A stretch of DNA of 64,000 nucleotides from assembly GCA_017444525.1 (NCBI GenBank), contig JAFSWL010000014.1, positions 2,420-66,419 on the forward strand, read 5' to 3'. Position 1 is the stretch's first letter. Every line of letters begins with the position of its first letter. The position numbers and the translations under genes are program-made. Positions 1-8,908 of the stretch are shown here, one piece after another. The stretch is from Alphaproteobacteria bacterium (GTDB lineage Bacteria; Pseudomonadota; Alphaproteobacteria; RF32; CAG-239). The notes beneath the pieces were generated by a model that did not search any database, was not told the origin of the DNA, and was given only the letters and a program-made list of their open reading frames with translations.

Positions 1-1487
1 TCTATCTGGAGCTGACAACATCCAAAAAAATTAAAACCTTTGATATTTTTGTAGAAAACACAGAAGAATATATGCCGTTTGATGCACCTCATTATGTTAT
101 AGATAAAAACAAAATAAAAGCTTATATCAAACCCTTTAACGCTGTTGCATATACAGATTTAAGCAACACAGAATATACCATATCGATAAACCTGAATAAT
201 CGGTATTTTTATCGCCATAATCTTGTTGCCAATAACAGCGTACCCACTTTCACGCAAACAATTAATTCTGAAAAAAAGTTATTTTTACCGGCATTATGCA
301 GCGGATTAATGCTGAATTTACTACCTTGTATCGCACCGTTTATATTGATTTTGTTATTGCTGTTTATCCGTGAATATAAAAAACATCCGAATAACCGGAA
401 AATTATGCAGCTCAGTGCTTTAAAAGGGAGTGTTTGCGGTTTATTAACAGCAGCTACTTTGTTTATCGGGCAAAAATATACACCTGATTATCCGCTGTGG
501 GGAATGCAATTTTCACATACCGCATTGTTGCTCGGTCTGATATTTATATTTGCCGCCTTAAAAAAAATTCTACCGATAATATTAAGTGCAATAATCAATA
601 CCGTTGACACTCGAAAACGTGCTTTTATTTTCTTTATTATCGGTTTTATTGCCGGTGTTCTGATTATTGTCAGTACTTCCCCCTATTTATCAATATTGAT
701 GAATACATCGGTTGTTGCGTCTGCTGTCGATGCTGCAGGCATCATATCACTGTTGACTGTCGGATTTATCATTCCGCAATTATTAATATTATATTTTCCG
801 AAAAAGTCTCCAGCTTGGCACTCATTGTGTTTGAAACAACAAATACTGCTTAAGTTTATTGAAATTGCTTTTAATATTACCATTATATGGTTATTGTTGT
901 TTATCGGGTTTAGTTGCGGGATTGCCGCTTTTATCATATCAGCGATTGTTGTGATTATATGGATGTTTTTATGCGAGGTATATCAAAAATATCTTGATTA
1001 TTTAAACGGTGTACTTGATGAAAGCATTACCATAAAACAAATAAATTCAATCCGCAACGGGAGCATTGTTTTTATGGTACTTCTCGGCATAATTTTTTGG
1101 AGTTCCGAAATTTATATTATCAATTACCTGCAAACCGCTGAAAACTCCGTTACGACCTCTAAACAAATGCCGCTAGATCCTGAACAAATTAAAGCACAAC
1201 TGCAACATAATCATCCGATTTTGCTCATCATCGATACTGATTGGTGTTTCAAATGCCGGTTCAATCGTCTGTGGACCATAAACTCCATTGAACGCAAACA
1301 ATGGCAAAAACGCTATAATTTGCAAATTATAACCATAAATAGTACCGCCGATATCAAACAATATATGACGCAATACGGACAATATTCATTGCCGTTATAT
1401 ATACTTTATACACATCGCTATCCGCAGGGCCTAATTCTGTCTTCCGATATAAAAACTCAAGACTTGGAAAAATTTATAGATTCATAA
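1..1487 (+). CDS. dsbD: DsbD-family protein-disulfide reductase; the N-terminus probably runs off the left edge
   Basis: The frame is open from nt 3 up to the listed ATG at 72, so the start probably lies upstream. Polytopic core with LNLLPCIAPF (DsbD TM1 Cys motif). C-terminal thioredoxin-like DWCFKC (CxxC). Confidence 0.65.
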   Translation, partial: YLELTTSKKIKTFDIFVENTEEYMPFDAPHYVIDKNKIKAYIKPFNAVAYTDLSNTEYTISINLNNRYFYRHNLVANNSVPTFTQTINSEKKLFLPALCSGLMLNLLPCIAPFILILLLLFIREYKKHPNNRKIMQLSALKGSVCGLLTAATLFIGQKYTPDYPLWGMQFSHTALLLGLIFIFAALKKILPIILSAIINTVDTRKRAFIFFIIGFIAGVLIIVSTSPYLSILMNTSVVASAVDAAGIISLLTVGFIIPQLLILYFPKKSPAWHSLCLKQQILLKFIEIAFNITIIWLLLFIGFSCGIAAFIISAIVVIIWMFLCEVYQKYLDYLNGVLDESITIKQINSIRNGSIVFMVLLGIIFWSSEIYIINYLQTAENSVTTSKQMPLDPEQIKAQLQHNHPILLIIDTDWCFKCRFNRLWTINSIERKQWQKRYNLQIITINSTADIKQYMTQYGQYSLPLYILYTHRYPQGLILSSDIKTQDLEKFIDS

Positions 1488-1514
1488 AGGATAATTAAGT
1501 TGCCATAAAATTAA

Positions 1515-1534
1515 GGCTCCGATAAATCGGAGCC
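1515..1534. terminator. hairpin between convergent genes
   Basis: GGCTCCGA-taaa-TCGGAGCC is a perfect 8-bp stem. A T-rich tract follows on the minus-strand side (ttaatttta). Confidence 0.5.
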
Positions 1535-1560
1535 GTTGCGCGAATAATCAAAGTTTATTC

Positions 1561-1782
1561 TTAATAATCATCATTTGCATTTTCGTTGTTAAAACCAAAC
1601 ATCGCATTCATATTCTTTGCGGTTTGCTTACGCTGTTCTGACGGTGTTAATTCCGGTTTACCTTCTGCCTTACGCGTTTCATTTTCATATTGTGTCGATA
1701 AACTGGCAACATCACCAATTCCCATTGCTTGCTGACTTTTCTTTGCGCGCAACTCTTTTATTTTTTTTGAGTTATCTGACAT
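1561..1782 (-). CDS. small hypothetical protein (73 aa, K/E/N-rich)
   Basis: AAGGAG sits 7 nt upstream of the ATG. The gene lies 45 nt downstream of the 888-aa ORF on the same strand. No family recognised. Confidence 0.55.
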   Translation of the reverse strand: MSDNSKKIKELRAKKSQQAMGIGDVASLSTQYENETRKAEGKPELTPSEQRKQTAKNMNAMFGFNNENANDDY

Positions 1783-1827
1783 ATTTGTTCTCCTTTTCTG
1801 TTTAGTTAAAATTAAATAATATATTGA

Positions 1828-4494
1828 TTAATGGTATGTTTGAGTTTTATTCTGCACAATATTGCGAGTAACAGCCGCATCTTGAGCGGCGGTATTTACC
1901 GCAGATGATGACGTATTTGCTTTTCCCCTAACGTTGCCGAGCATATTCTTACCATTAACTTGAGCATCCTTAATTTCAGATTGCTTACCGTTAAACTGAT
2001 TTAAACTAGCTGCCATACCTATTGCAGTATTTTGGTTATTATTTTCGTTGGTACCGGCATTCTGCTTAGGATGTTGACGATTATATTCCGGCAAATATTC
2101 GTTGAAGAATTTTTCAAAATCCATTCGAACATTTGGAATTTTTATAATTTCAACTTTTTCAACACCCAACGGAACCAAATCATCATTTATACTGTCGCAG
2201 CTATCACGAGCCTGATTTAATTCATCTTTCATAATATTTTTAGGTGTCGCTTTAGCACCACGCACAGATATTTCGCTATACGCTTGTTTAATCAATTCAT
2301 CACAAAGCTTTTGTTCTGTTTCTTTGCATTGCCGATCATACAATACATTAAATATATAATCCATTTGTTCATTACTCAGTTTTTGAACTGATCCTGACAA
2401 TCTACTTAATTTAGCCTTTTCTTCCGGTGTCAAGCCTGCAGCATCGGCAATGCTACCGCCTTTATCCAATGCAGATTTATAAACATCAAATACTTTTCGT
2501 AAAGTCCGATATGCAGCAATTTTCTTAACTGCACCGTCATAAAGATCATCAGTACGCAAAATTCCTTTTATTTTGCTCTTAAATATATTGGAATACGCAT
2601 CGGTAAATGCCGCATAACGATGTGTATTAATCAAGCCATCGATAAACGCTTGCTCGCTTACACTGATTTTTTTGCCATTTTCACGATTGTGCTTATTCAT
2701 CTGTTTTGCTAAGCGATATTGATAATTTGCATAATCCTCCGCACTGAGTTTTTCTTTAGCTGCCTTCAGCATACCTTCGGCTTTTGACTTATCCAACCCC
2801 ATACCGATAGGAACCAAACCTTTCTCAGCCAGAGCCTTACGCCACATACCTTTTTCATCATCTTTAGGCATACCTGCAGGAAAATTAACCGCTGTATAAC
2901 CTAAATCTTTAAGCTGACCGACAACTCCACCCAACACACTTTCATCAATTTTTTTATGGTTAGGAATCCGATAAGCAAAGTGCAATACTCCGTCGGAATC
3001 TACATTAACAAACAATTTGCACGAATATGTATATTTAACGGTTCCGTCTTTTGTTTTTACTCCGTCTTTTTTGCGATTGTCTTTATCTTCACTGTCATAA
3101 ATAATAAACTCTGTCCAACCGCCGCCAAACCAACCGGTGCTGGTTTTAAAATAAGACAGATTTTTCTGCTTACCTAACCCTTCATTTATAAACTTTTCAA
3201 ATTTATTTTCCGCCTCTTTCTGAGTTATTTTCTTATGTGCAGGCTTACTTGCCGTCGGAACAGCCGGAACTGTCACGGATTGATTTGCGTTTATTGCACC
3301 GGTTTGCATCGACATTTGCGAACTTAATGCTTCGGGTAATTTTTTATCACTCTTAGCCATAACCTCATCCGGAGCATACGCATCTAAATTATCAGGCACA
3401 TCTTCACCCGGAATGGCTGAAGTCGCCACTCCTTTCGCCAAACGATGCACTTTACCGGTATTTTCCGGTGAATTCTGCGCCATGGCAGCATTTTCCCCGG
3501 TTGTTTCAAACTGTTTAATTTCCAAACTTGGAATCGTAGCAGAAATAACTTGTTCATCTGGAAGATCATACGAAATATCTTCACTGGAAACCATACCTTC
3601 CGGTAAATGACCGTCACCGGCAATACTTATATTCTGTAACTCGGCCTCCAGTGCTTTTTTGCGTTGTTGCTGAGCCTCGTATTCTTTGGCATTGGCTTCG
3701 GCAATCTGAGCGGCTTTCTCTGCCTGACGCTGTGTCAAGACATTACTGATTTTTTCCTGAATTGCCGCTTCGGCCAAAGTGCCGTCAAAATTACGTATTT
3801 CCATATCGGCAACCGATATTCCGTGGGCCTCGCAAAAGGCAAAAATCGCATTTAATTTTTCATCATCCAGATTCTCTTGCGTCTCTTCATCAAACGAAAG
3901 TTGCATTTTAACTTGCGGCGGCATATTCGGCTGATTATATTCCAACATACCGATATTATACTCCACCCCTGCATTTTCATCTGCAATATGCAAAGCCAAT
4001 TGTTTAACTCGCTCATTTTTATCCGCACGCATTTTAAAATATTGATCTTGTGTCAAGATATCACCATTATCGGTAATATCAACTTCAATAAGATCCAATT
4101 TTTCCGGATTGCCGTATTTTTCATTGTTATCTTTAATATGATAAAGCTGAGCAAACTCATTACCGTATTCACGAAGGTAATCCGAATATTTTTTGGCCGT
4201 ATCGTATTTTTTCTGAATCGGCAGCTGAGAACGATTAAGATATATATATTCATGGCTCAATTCTTCATCCGAATAATTTTTTTCGGCATCGGCCTGTTGC
4301 TTACTGATTTCATCAAGCTCACGACGATATTCATCAAACTCGTCCAACTCTTCACGCAACACCTTCATATTTCTCGTGAATTTTTTTTGCAATTCTTCTT
4401 CAGTATAATCTTCAGGCAAACGCGACATTCCGCTATTTTCGAGATAAGTGCGTGCCGTTATGACATTATTTTCTTCCGTCAGATTTCCTGCCAT
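1828..4494 (-). CDS. large orphan protein (888 aa from ATG 4494), charged/coiled-coil-rich, no recognisable domain
   Basis: Uninterrupted 2.67-kb ORF. GGAGGG sits 5 nt upstream of ATG 4494; the track start at 4500 is a GTG inside the SD spacer. No signal peptide or TM segment is visible. Confidence 0.7.
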   Translation of the reverse strand: MAGNLTEENNVITARTYLENSGMSRLPEDYTEEELQKKFTRNMKVLREELDEFDEYRRELDEISKQQADAEKNYSDEELSHEYIYLNRSQLPIQKKYDTAKKYSDYLREYGNEFAQLYHIKDNNEKYGNPEKLDLIEVDITDNGDILTQDQYFKMRADKNERVKQLALHIADENAGVEYNIGMLEYNQPNMPPQVKMQLSFDEETQENLDDEKLNAIFAFCEAHGISVADMEIRNFDGTLAEAAIQEKISNVLTQRQAEKAAQIAEANAKEYEAQQQRKKALEAELQNISIAGDGHLPEGMVSSEDISYDLPDEQVISATIPSLEIKQFETTGENAAMAQNSPENTGKVHRLAKGVATSAIPGEDVPDNLDAYAPDEVMAKSDKKLPEALSSQMSMQTGAINANQSVTVPAVPTASKPAHKKITQKEAENKFEKFINEGLGKQKNLSYFKTSTGWFGGGWTEFIIYDSEDKDNRKKDGVKTKDGTVKYTYSCKLFVNVDSDGVLHFAYRIPNHKKIDESVLGGVVGQLKDLGYTAVNFPAGMPKDDEKGMWRKALAEKGLVPIGMGLDKSKAEGMLKAAKEKLSAEDYANYQYRLAKQMNKHNRENGKKISVSEQAFIDGLINTHRYAAFTDAYSNIFKSKIKGILRTDDLYDGAVKKIAAYRTLRKVFDVYKSALDKGGSIADAAGLTPEEKAKLSRLSGSVQKLSNEQMDYIFNVLYDRQCKETEQKLCDELIKQAYSEISVRGAKATPKNIMKDELNQARDSCDSINDDLVPLGVEKVEIIKIPNVRMDFEKFFNEYLPEYNRQHPKQNAGTNENNNQNTAIGMAASLNQFNGKQSEIKDAQVNGKNMLGNVRGKANTSSSAVNTAAQDAAVTRNIVQNKTQTYH

Positions 4495-4522
4495 GAACAC
4501 CCTCCAACATCAATTTTTGTGT

Positions 4523-4551
4523 AATATAACATATATTTTTGTAAATAGCAA
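4523..4551 (-). promoter_or_regulatory. candidate sigma70-type promoter of the 888-aa ORF
   Basis: The minus strand reads TTGCTA-17 nt-TATATT, about 30 nt upstream of the ATG. Confidence 0.4.
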
Positions 4552-4570
4552 GTCCTTTTGACAAAAAAAA

Positions 4571-5113
4571 TCAACAATAGCGCAAAAATAAAACCCGCGC
4601 TAAACCATAAACTCTTTCATCCAGCAATTCAAATACTTCCGGCAACAAAAAACGCTCATCATTACGCACTTCAACAATACAAACTGCCTGCTTGCCGAGC
4701 CAATTTTGCATAAGTAACTGCGTCAAAGCCTGTTCTGTCTGCCCCTTGGCATACGGTGCATCCATAAACACCATATCATATTTACGATATGCCTGCGGCA
4801 GTCGCATTGCATCGGCTTTTATAACATTAAACCTTTCTTTTTCCGCGGCAAATAATTTGGCATTTTTATTCACCGGTATAGTATCAATATCGACAAACGT
4901 TACATAGTTAAAACCGCGCGATAATGCTTCAAAACCGAACGCTCCTGTACCGCAAAAAATATCAAGTAAACTTAGCTTACTGTAGTCACCTCCGAGTTTG
5001 GAATACAATATATTGAATATTGCTTCACGCGCCCGCTCTGAAGTCGGGCGCACTTCTTTGCCCTGCGGTGTCCACAGTTTTTTGCCGCGATATTTTCCGC
5101 CGACGATTCTCAT
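4571..5113 (-). CDS. rsmD: 16S rRNA (guanine966-N2)-methyltransferase RsmD
   Basis: RIVGGKYRGKKL N-terminus, SAM-binding FCGTGAFGFEALSRG, and a DAPY motif. The ATG overlaps the upstream stop (ATGA at 5110-5113). Confidence 0.85.
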   Translation of the reverse strand: MRIVGGKYRGKKLWTPQGKEVRPTSERAREAIFNILYSKLGGDYSKLSLLDIFCGTGAFGFEALSRGFNYVTFVDIDTIPVNKNAKLFAAEKERFNVIKADAMRLPQAYRKYDMVFMDAPYAKGQTEQALTQLLMQNWLGKQAVCIVEVRNDERFLLPEVFELLDERVYGLARVLFLRYC

Positions 5114-5826
5114 AGCTTATCTCCCAATTGTTCTTTCAACACTTTTTGCGGCACTTCTTTTACTTCGCCTTTTTTCAAACTACCGAGCTGAAACGGCCCG
5201 TACGAAAGACGAATCAAGCGCGCAACCTCGAGTCCGATTGACTTCATCAGCTTGCGTACTTCACGGTTTTTACCTTCGCTTAACGTAATCAAAACCCAAC
5301 TGTTAGAACCATTTTGGCTCTCCAATTCAATTTTAACCTTACCGTATTGCACTCCGTCGATAACCGCACCTTTTTCCAATTCGGTCATTTTTTTGATATC
5401 GACTTTGCCGTGTATCCGTACTTTATAGCGGCGGCTCCAACCATTAGCAGGTAGCTCCAGTTTACGCGAAAGCTCACCGCTGTTGGTGAGTAAAAGCAAA
5501 CCTTCCGAGTTCAAATCAAGCCGTCCAACACTGATAACCCGCGGCATATCCGGCGGCAAATTATCAAACACCGTCGGACGGTTATCCGTATCTTTATGAG
5601 TTGTTAAAAGTCCGACAGGTTTATGATACAGCCATAGACGTGTTTGTTCGATTGCCGGCAATTTTTCGCCGTCGAGCAGTATTTTTTCGTTACCCTCCAC
5701 ATTAAAAGCCGGACTTTCTATCAATTTACCATCAACCGTAACTCGCTTTTGCTTTATTAATTCCTCGGCCTGTCGTCTGGAACAAACTCCGCTTCTGGCT
5801 ATAAATTTTGCAATTCGTTCTGTCAT
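5110..5826 (-). CDS. rluB: RsuA/RluB-family pseudouridine synthase
   Basis: N-terminal S4 domain (RIAKFIARSGVCSRRQAEELI) and catalytic-Asp motif VGRLDLNSEGLLLLTN. Confidence 0.8.
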   Translation of the reverse strand: MTERIAKFIARSGVCSRRQAEELIKQKRVTVDGKLIESPAFNVEGNEKILLDGEKLPAIEQTRLWLYHKPVGLLTTHKDTDNRPTVFDNLPPDMPRVISVGRLDLNSEGLLLLTNSGELSRKLELPANGWSRRYKVRIHGKVDIKKMTELEKGAVIDGVQYGKVKIELESQNGSNSWVLITLSEGKNREVRKLMKSIGLEVARLIRLSYGPFQLGSLKKGEVKEVPQKVLKEQLGDKL

Positions 5827-5889
5827 TTTTCTTCCTTTTTTGATAAATATGTTTTATAGTAGCAGAGAAGTCTAAAAAAAGAGTGAACA

Positions 5890-6342
5890 ATGACAAACGA
5901 AGAATATATGCAAATTGCACTTGATTTGGCGCGTCAGGCAGCACAAAAAGACGAAGTGCCGATTGCTGCGTTAATAGTCAATCCGACAAGCGGAGAAATT
6001 ATCGCTTCTGCCGCCAATGAAAGCGCACACGGTTCCGATGCCACGGCTCATGCCGAGATTATGGCTATTCGCCGCGCATGCGCAAAACTTGACACCACTC
6101 GCTTGTGGGATTTGGATATGTATGTAACGCTTGAACCATGCACCATGTGTGCGGCAGCGATTTCGTTTGCCCGTATCCGTAATCTTTATTTTGGTGCCAC
6201 AGATGAAAAAGGCGGGGCAATCATCAGCGGAGTTAAATTTTACGAAGCCCCTACCTGCCACCATCGTCCGAACATCAGCAGCGGTATTTGTGCCGATGAA
6301 TGCGGACAATTACTCAAAGATTTTTTTAAGCAAAAACGCTGA
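5890..6342 (+). CDS. tadA: tRNA adenosine(34) deaminase TadA
   Basis: CDA zinc motifs HAEIMAI and EPCTMCAAAI; 150 aa. Confidence 0.9.
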   Translation: MTNEEYMQIALDLARQAAQKDEVPIAALIVNPTSGEIIASAANESAHGSDATAHAEIMAIRRACAKLDTTRLWDLDMYVTLEPCTMCAAAISFARIRNLYFGATDEKGGAIISGVKFYEAPTCHHRPNISSGICADECGQLLKDFFKQKR

Positions 6343-6352
6343 TATAAAGCCC

Positions 6353-6799
6353 TTAACCGGCTTTGATTTTTTCCACTTCGCTGCGAGCAAGGGCATCGCA
6401 ACGCTCGTTTTCGACATGGCCGTTATGCCCTCTTACCCATACCCAGCGAATTTCGTGCCGATTTACTAATTCATCAAGCCGTTGCCACAGGTCAATATTC
6501 TTCACTTCTTGTTTTTTATGCGCCGTATGCCAGCCGTTTTGCTTCCAGTTTGCCATCCATTCGGTAATACCTTTCATCACATACTGACTGTCGGTATAAA
6601 GCGAGATATTGCAAGTTTTTTTCAATGCACTCAATGCCGCAATCACCGCCATCAGTTCCATCCGATTGTTGGTGGTATTTTCTTCGCCGCCGCTTAACTC
6701 TTTTTCCACATCTTTGTAGCGCAAAATTACGCCCCAACCGCCTGCTCCCGGATTGCCGGAACAAGCGCCGTCCGTAAATATCTCAATTCTTGCCGTCAT
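6353..6799 (-). CDS. rnhA: ribonuclease HI
   Basis: [28 protein letters not shown] and [18 protein letters not shown] are characteristic RNase HI motifs. The ATG overlaps the upstream TGA (ATGA at 6796-6799). Confidence 0.9.
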   Translation of the reverse strand: MTARIEIFTDGACSGNPGAGGWGVILRYKDVEKELSGGEENTTNNRMELMAVIAALSALKKTCNISLYTDSQYVMKGITEWMANWKQNGWHTAHKKQEVKNIDLWQRLDELVNRHEIRWVWVRGHNGHVENERCDALARSEVEKIKAG

Positions 6800-7863
6800 T
6801 CAACATCCTTCAAAAATTCGCTAAAAAATTCATTAATCAATAAATCCACATTATCTTCCGAGCGTATTGCCTTAGCTACAAACGAACGTAAATTATTTTT
6901 AGCACCACATATTCGGAACGATTTTGGCATAGCCCCGTCGGCACCAACCGCACCGTTAATCAGTAAATCATCTTCGATAAATTCCGAAAGCACAATTTCG
7001 ATATGTGCAAATTTCATAATTCCGCGCGGTGGCAAACGCAACTCCGGTTTGGTAATCAAATTAAGATGTCCTTCCATACCGAGCATATTGGCCGTCATAT
7101 TATAATCGGTAAAACGAACCCGATTATATTCGCCGCCGGTATTATCGGTAGTACAGGTCAAGTATAGCTCACGCGCTATGGCATTACTATCGTTCAAACA
7201 AAGCACATCAAAGCTGATTTTAACATATTTTTGCGGCGGAGTATCAATGGTTTTCGGATACAGTACATCTTCTTCATCATTTTCCACCACTTCTAAATTG
7301 CGATTTTCCAACTTTAGTGCCACATTCGGCTGCGGACGGCGCCCAAACATTCCGGCAATAACTGCATACGGTGCCGGAACATTGTTCGATCCGGAGCGAA
7401 TATACATTGTATTTCCTACGGTTGTCATCAGTGGAGCAATCTCCGATTTCGGAATATAAGTTGCCAGATAGCCGTCGCCGTTTTTATCTTCGCAAATAAT
7501 ATGATTACGCACTTTGTTATGGCTCGGAATAGTGCAGCCGGAAATGGCGCTTTCCACCCAACTCATAAAACGATGCACGTTTTTTACCTTAACTTTGGCT
7601 TTGGCTACATCGCCGATATCAATATCGCGTGAGCATTCCACACCCCAGACGATTACACCTCCCTCGGAATTGCCGAAACCGGAGATACATTTTGCCAGAT
7701 TACGCCTATCATCCGGACTTAAAGACCAACCGTGTTTACCGGTGGATGAAGCCTGTTTAAAATCCATAAATAGCTCTTCGGTTTGCCGACTGCGAATAAA
7801 TTCATCAAGCGCGTCTTCGCCGAAATAAACCAATTTTTCAAAAATATCTTCCGCCCGCGACAT
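6796..7863 (-). CDS. AlbA_2/Schlafen-type putative nucleic-acid-binding domain protein with an uncharacterised C-terminal half
   Basis: The N-terminal ~175 aa carry EELFMDFKQ ... [16 protein letters not shown], which I recognise as the AlbA_2 (PF04326-like) core. The C-terminal ~180 aa show no motif I recognise. GAGGAG SD and its own promoter are present. Confidence 0.55.
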   Translation of the reverse strand: MSRAEDIFEKLVYFGEDALDEFIRSRQTEELFMDFKQASSTGKHGWSLSPDDRRNLAKCISGFGNSEGGVIVWGVECSRDIDIGDVAKAKVKVKNVHRFMSWVESAISGCTIPSHNKVRNHIICEDKNGDGYLATYIPKSEIAPLMTTVGNTMYIRSGSNNVPAPYAVIAGMFGRRPQPNVALKLENRNLEVVENDEEDVLYPKTIDTPPQKYVKISFDVLCLNDSNAIARELYLTCTTDNTGGEYNRVRFTDYNMTANMLGMEGHLNLITKPELRLPPRGIMKFAHIEIVLSEFIEDDLLINGAVGADGAMPKSFRICGAKNNLRSFVAKAIRSEDNVDLLINEFFSEFLKDVE

Positions 7864-7891
7864 ATCTTGCTCCTCTCAATTGCTTTGTGAT

Positions 7892-7920
7892 ATTATAACT
7901 GATACAATGTTAAAATACAA
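7892..7920 (-). promoter_or_regulatory. candidate sigma70-type promoter of the AlbA_2-like/rnhA pair
   Basis: The minus strand reads TTGTAT-17 nt-TATAAT, about 30 nt upstream of ATG 7863. Confidence 0.5.
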
Positions 7921-8125
7921 TTATTTTCTTTATATTCGGTTGTTTCTTATACCGCAAAGCATATCAGGGATAGGCAAATGTTTGAATAATGTGCCGATTG
8001 AAAGCTTCTTAGGGTACATTGAAGATATTTTGAATGAAATAAGAGTGAATGTGTTTTAGCCTATAATTTCTGTTTTCACTTCTTCGAAAGTGTTGAAAGA
8101 TTTAATCAAACAATTATGTTAAACC

Positions 8126-8905
8126 TTAAGCATCTAGTGCAGATGCCATTTGCTTGCGCTTAAAAGCCGAACGCACAATCAAGTTTTGCACCTTTTTAAC
8201 CAGTGCTATATCAAAACCGACCGCCACCGCTTCCGCTGCCGACTTTTTATCATCATAAAGCAACTTCAACACCTCATCCAAAACCGCATACGGCGGCAAT
8301 GAATCCTCATCTTTTTGCCCTGCCGCCAGTTCTGCCGACGGAGCTCGGGTGATTACTGCTTCCGGCAACGCATATCCTAAAGTATTGCGCCATTTTGCCA
8401 ATGCAAAAATCGTCGTTTTATATACATTACCTATCGGCATTAAACCGCCGCAAGTGTCACCATAGAGCGTGCAATAACCGGTCAGTGCTTCCGATTTATT
8501 ACCGCAAGCCAACACCAATCCGCCGTTTTGATTTGACCACGCCATCAACAACTGACCGCGAATGCGCGCCTGCAAATTTTCTGCTGTAAGACCTTGCACC
8601 GATTCCCCAAAAGCCTGCGTCAAAAATTTGATTTTTGCTGTTACCAACGGTTCAATATCCAGTTCGTGATAATCAAGATGATTAAGCTCAGCCGTTTCGC
8701 GGGCAATTTGCAGACTTAAATCCGATGTATATTGAGTTTTCATCATAATTGCCGTAACGTTTTCGCCGCCCAAAACATCTGCTGCCAACACCGCAGTCAG
8801 CGCCGAATCAAGCCCTCCGGAAAGTCCGAGAATCACTTTATTAAAGCCGTTTTCGTCGCAATATTGCCGCAAACCACTTTGCAGTTTGTACCAAAGTTTT
8901 TCCAT
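8126..8905 (-). CDS. nadE: NH3-dependent NAD+ synthetase
   Basis: PP-loop LGLSGGLDSAL. At 259 aa there is no glutaminase domain. The gene starts 3 nt after the pncB stop. Confidence 0.85.
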   Translation of the reverse strand: MEKLWYKLQSGLRQYCDENGFNKVILGLSGGLDSALTAVLAADVLGGENVTAIMMKTQYTSDLSLQIARETAELNHLDYHELDIEPLVTAKIKFLTQAFGESVQGLTAENLQARIRGQLLMAWSNQNGGLVLACGNKSEALTGYCTLYGDTCGGLMPIGNVYKTTIFALAKWRNTLGYALPEAVITRAPSAELAAGQKDEDSLPPYAVLDEVLKLLYDDKKSAAEAVAVGFDIALVKKVQNLIVRSAFKRKQMASALDA

Positions 8906-8908
8906 CAG

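Noticed and set aside
3877-4524. A 215-aa plus-strand ORF antisense to the 888-aa orphan gene.
   Set aside because: The product is I/F/L-rich and low-complexity, typical of the reverse complement of a K/E/N-rich gene. It has no SD, and it runs through the promoter and SD of the sense gene.
5732-5944. A 70-aa minus-strand ORF bridging the rluB start and the tadA start.
   Set aside because: It is out of frame with rluB and antisense to tadA. It crosses the divergent promoter region and has no SD.
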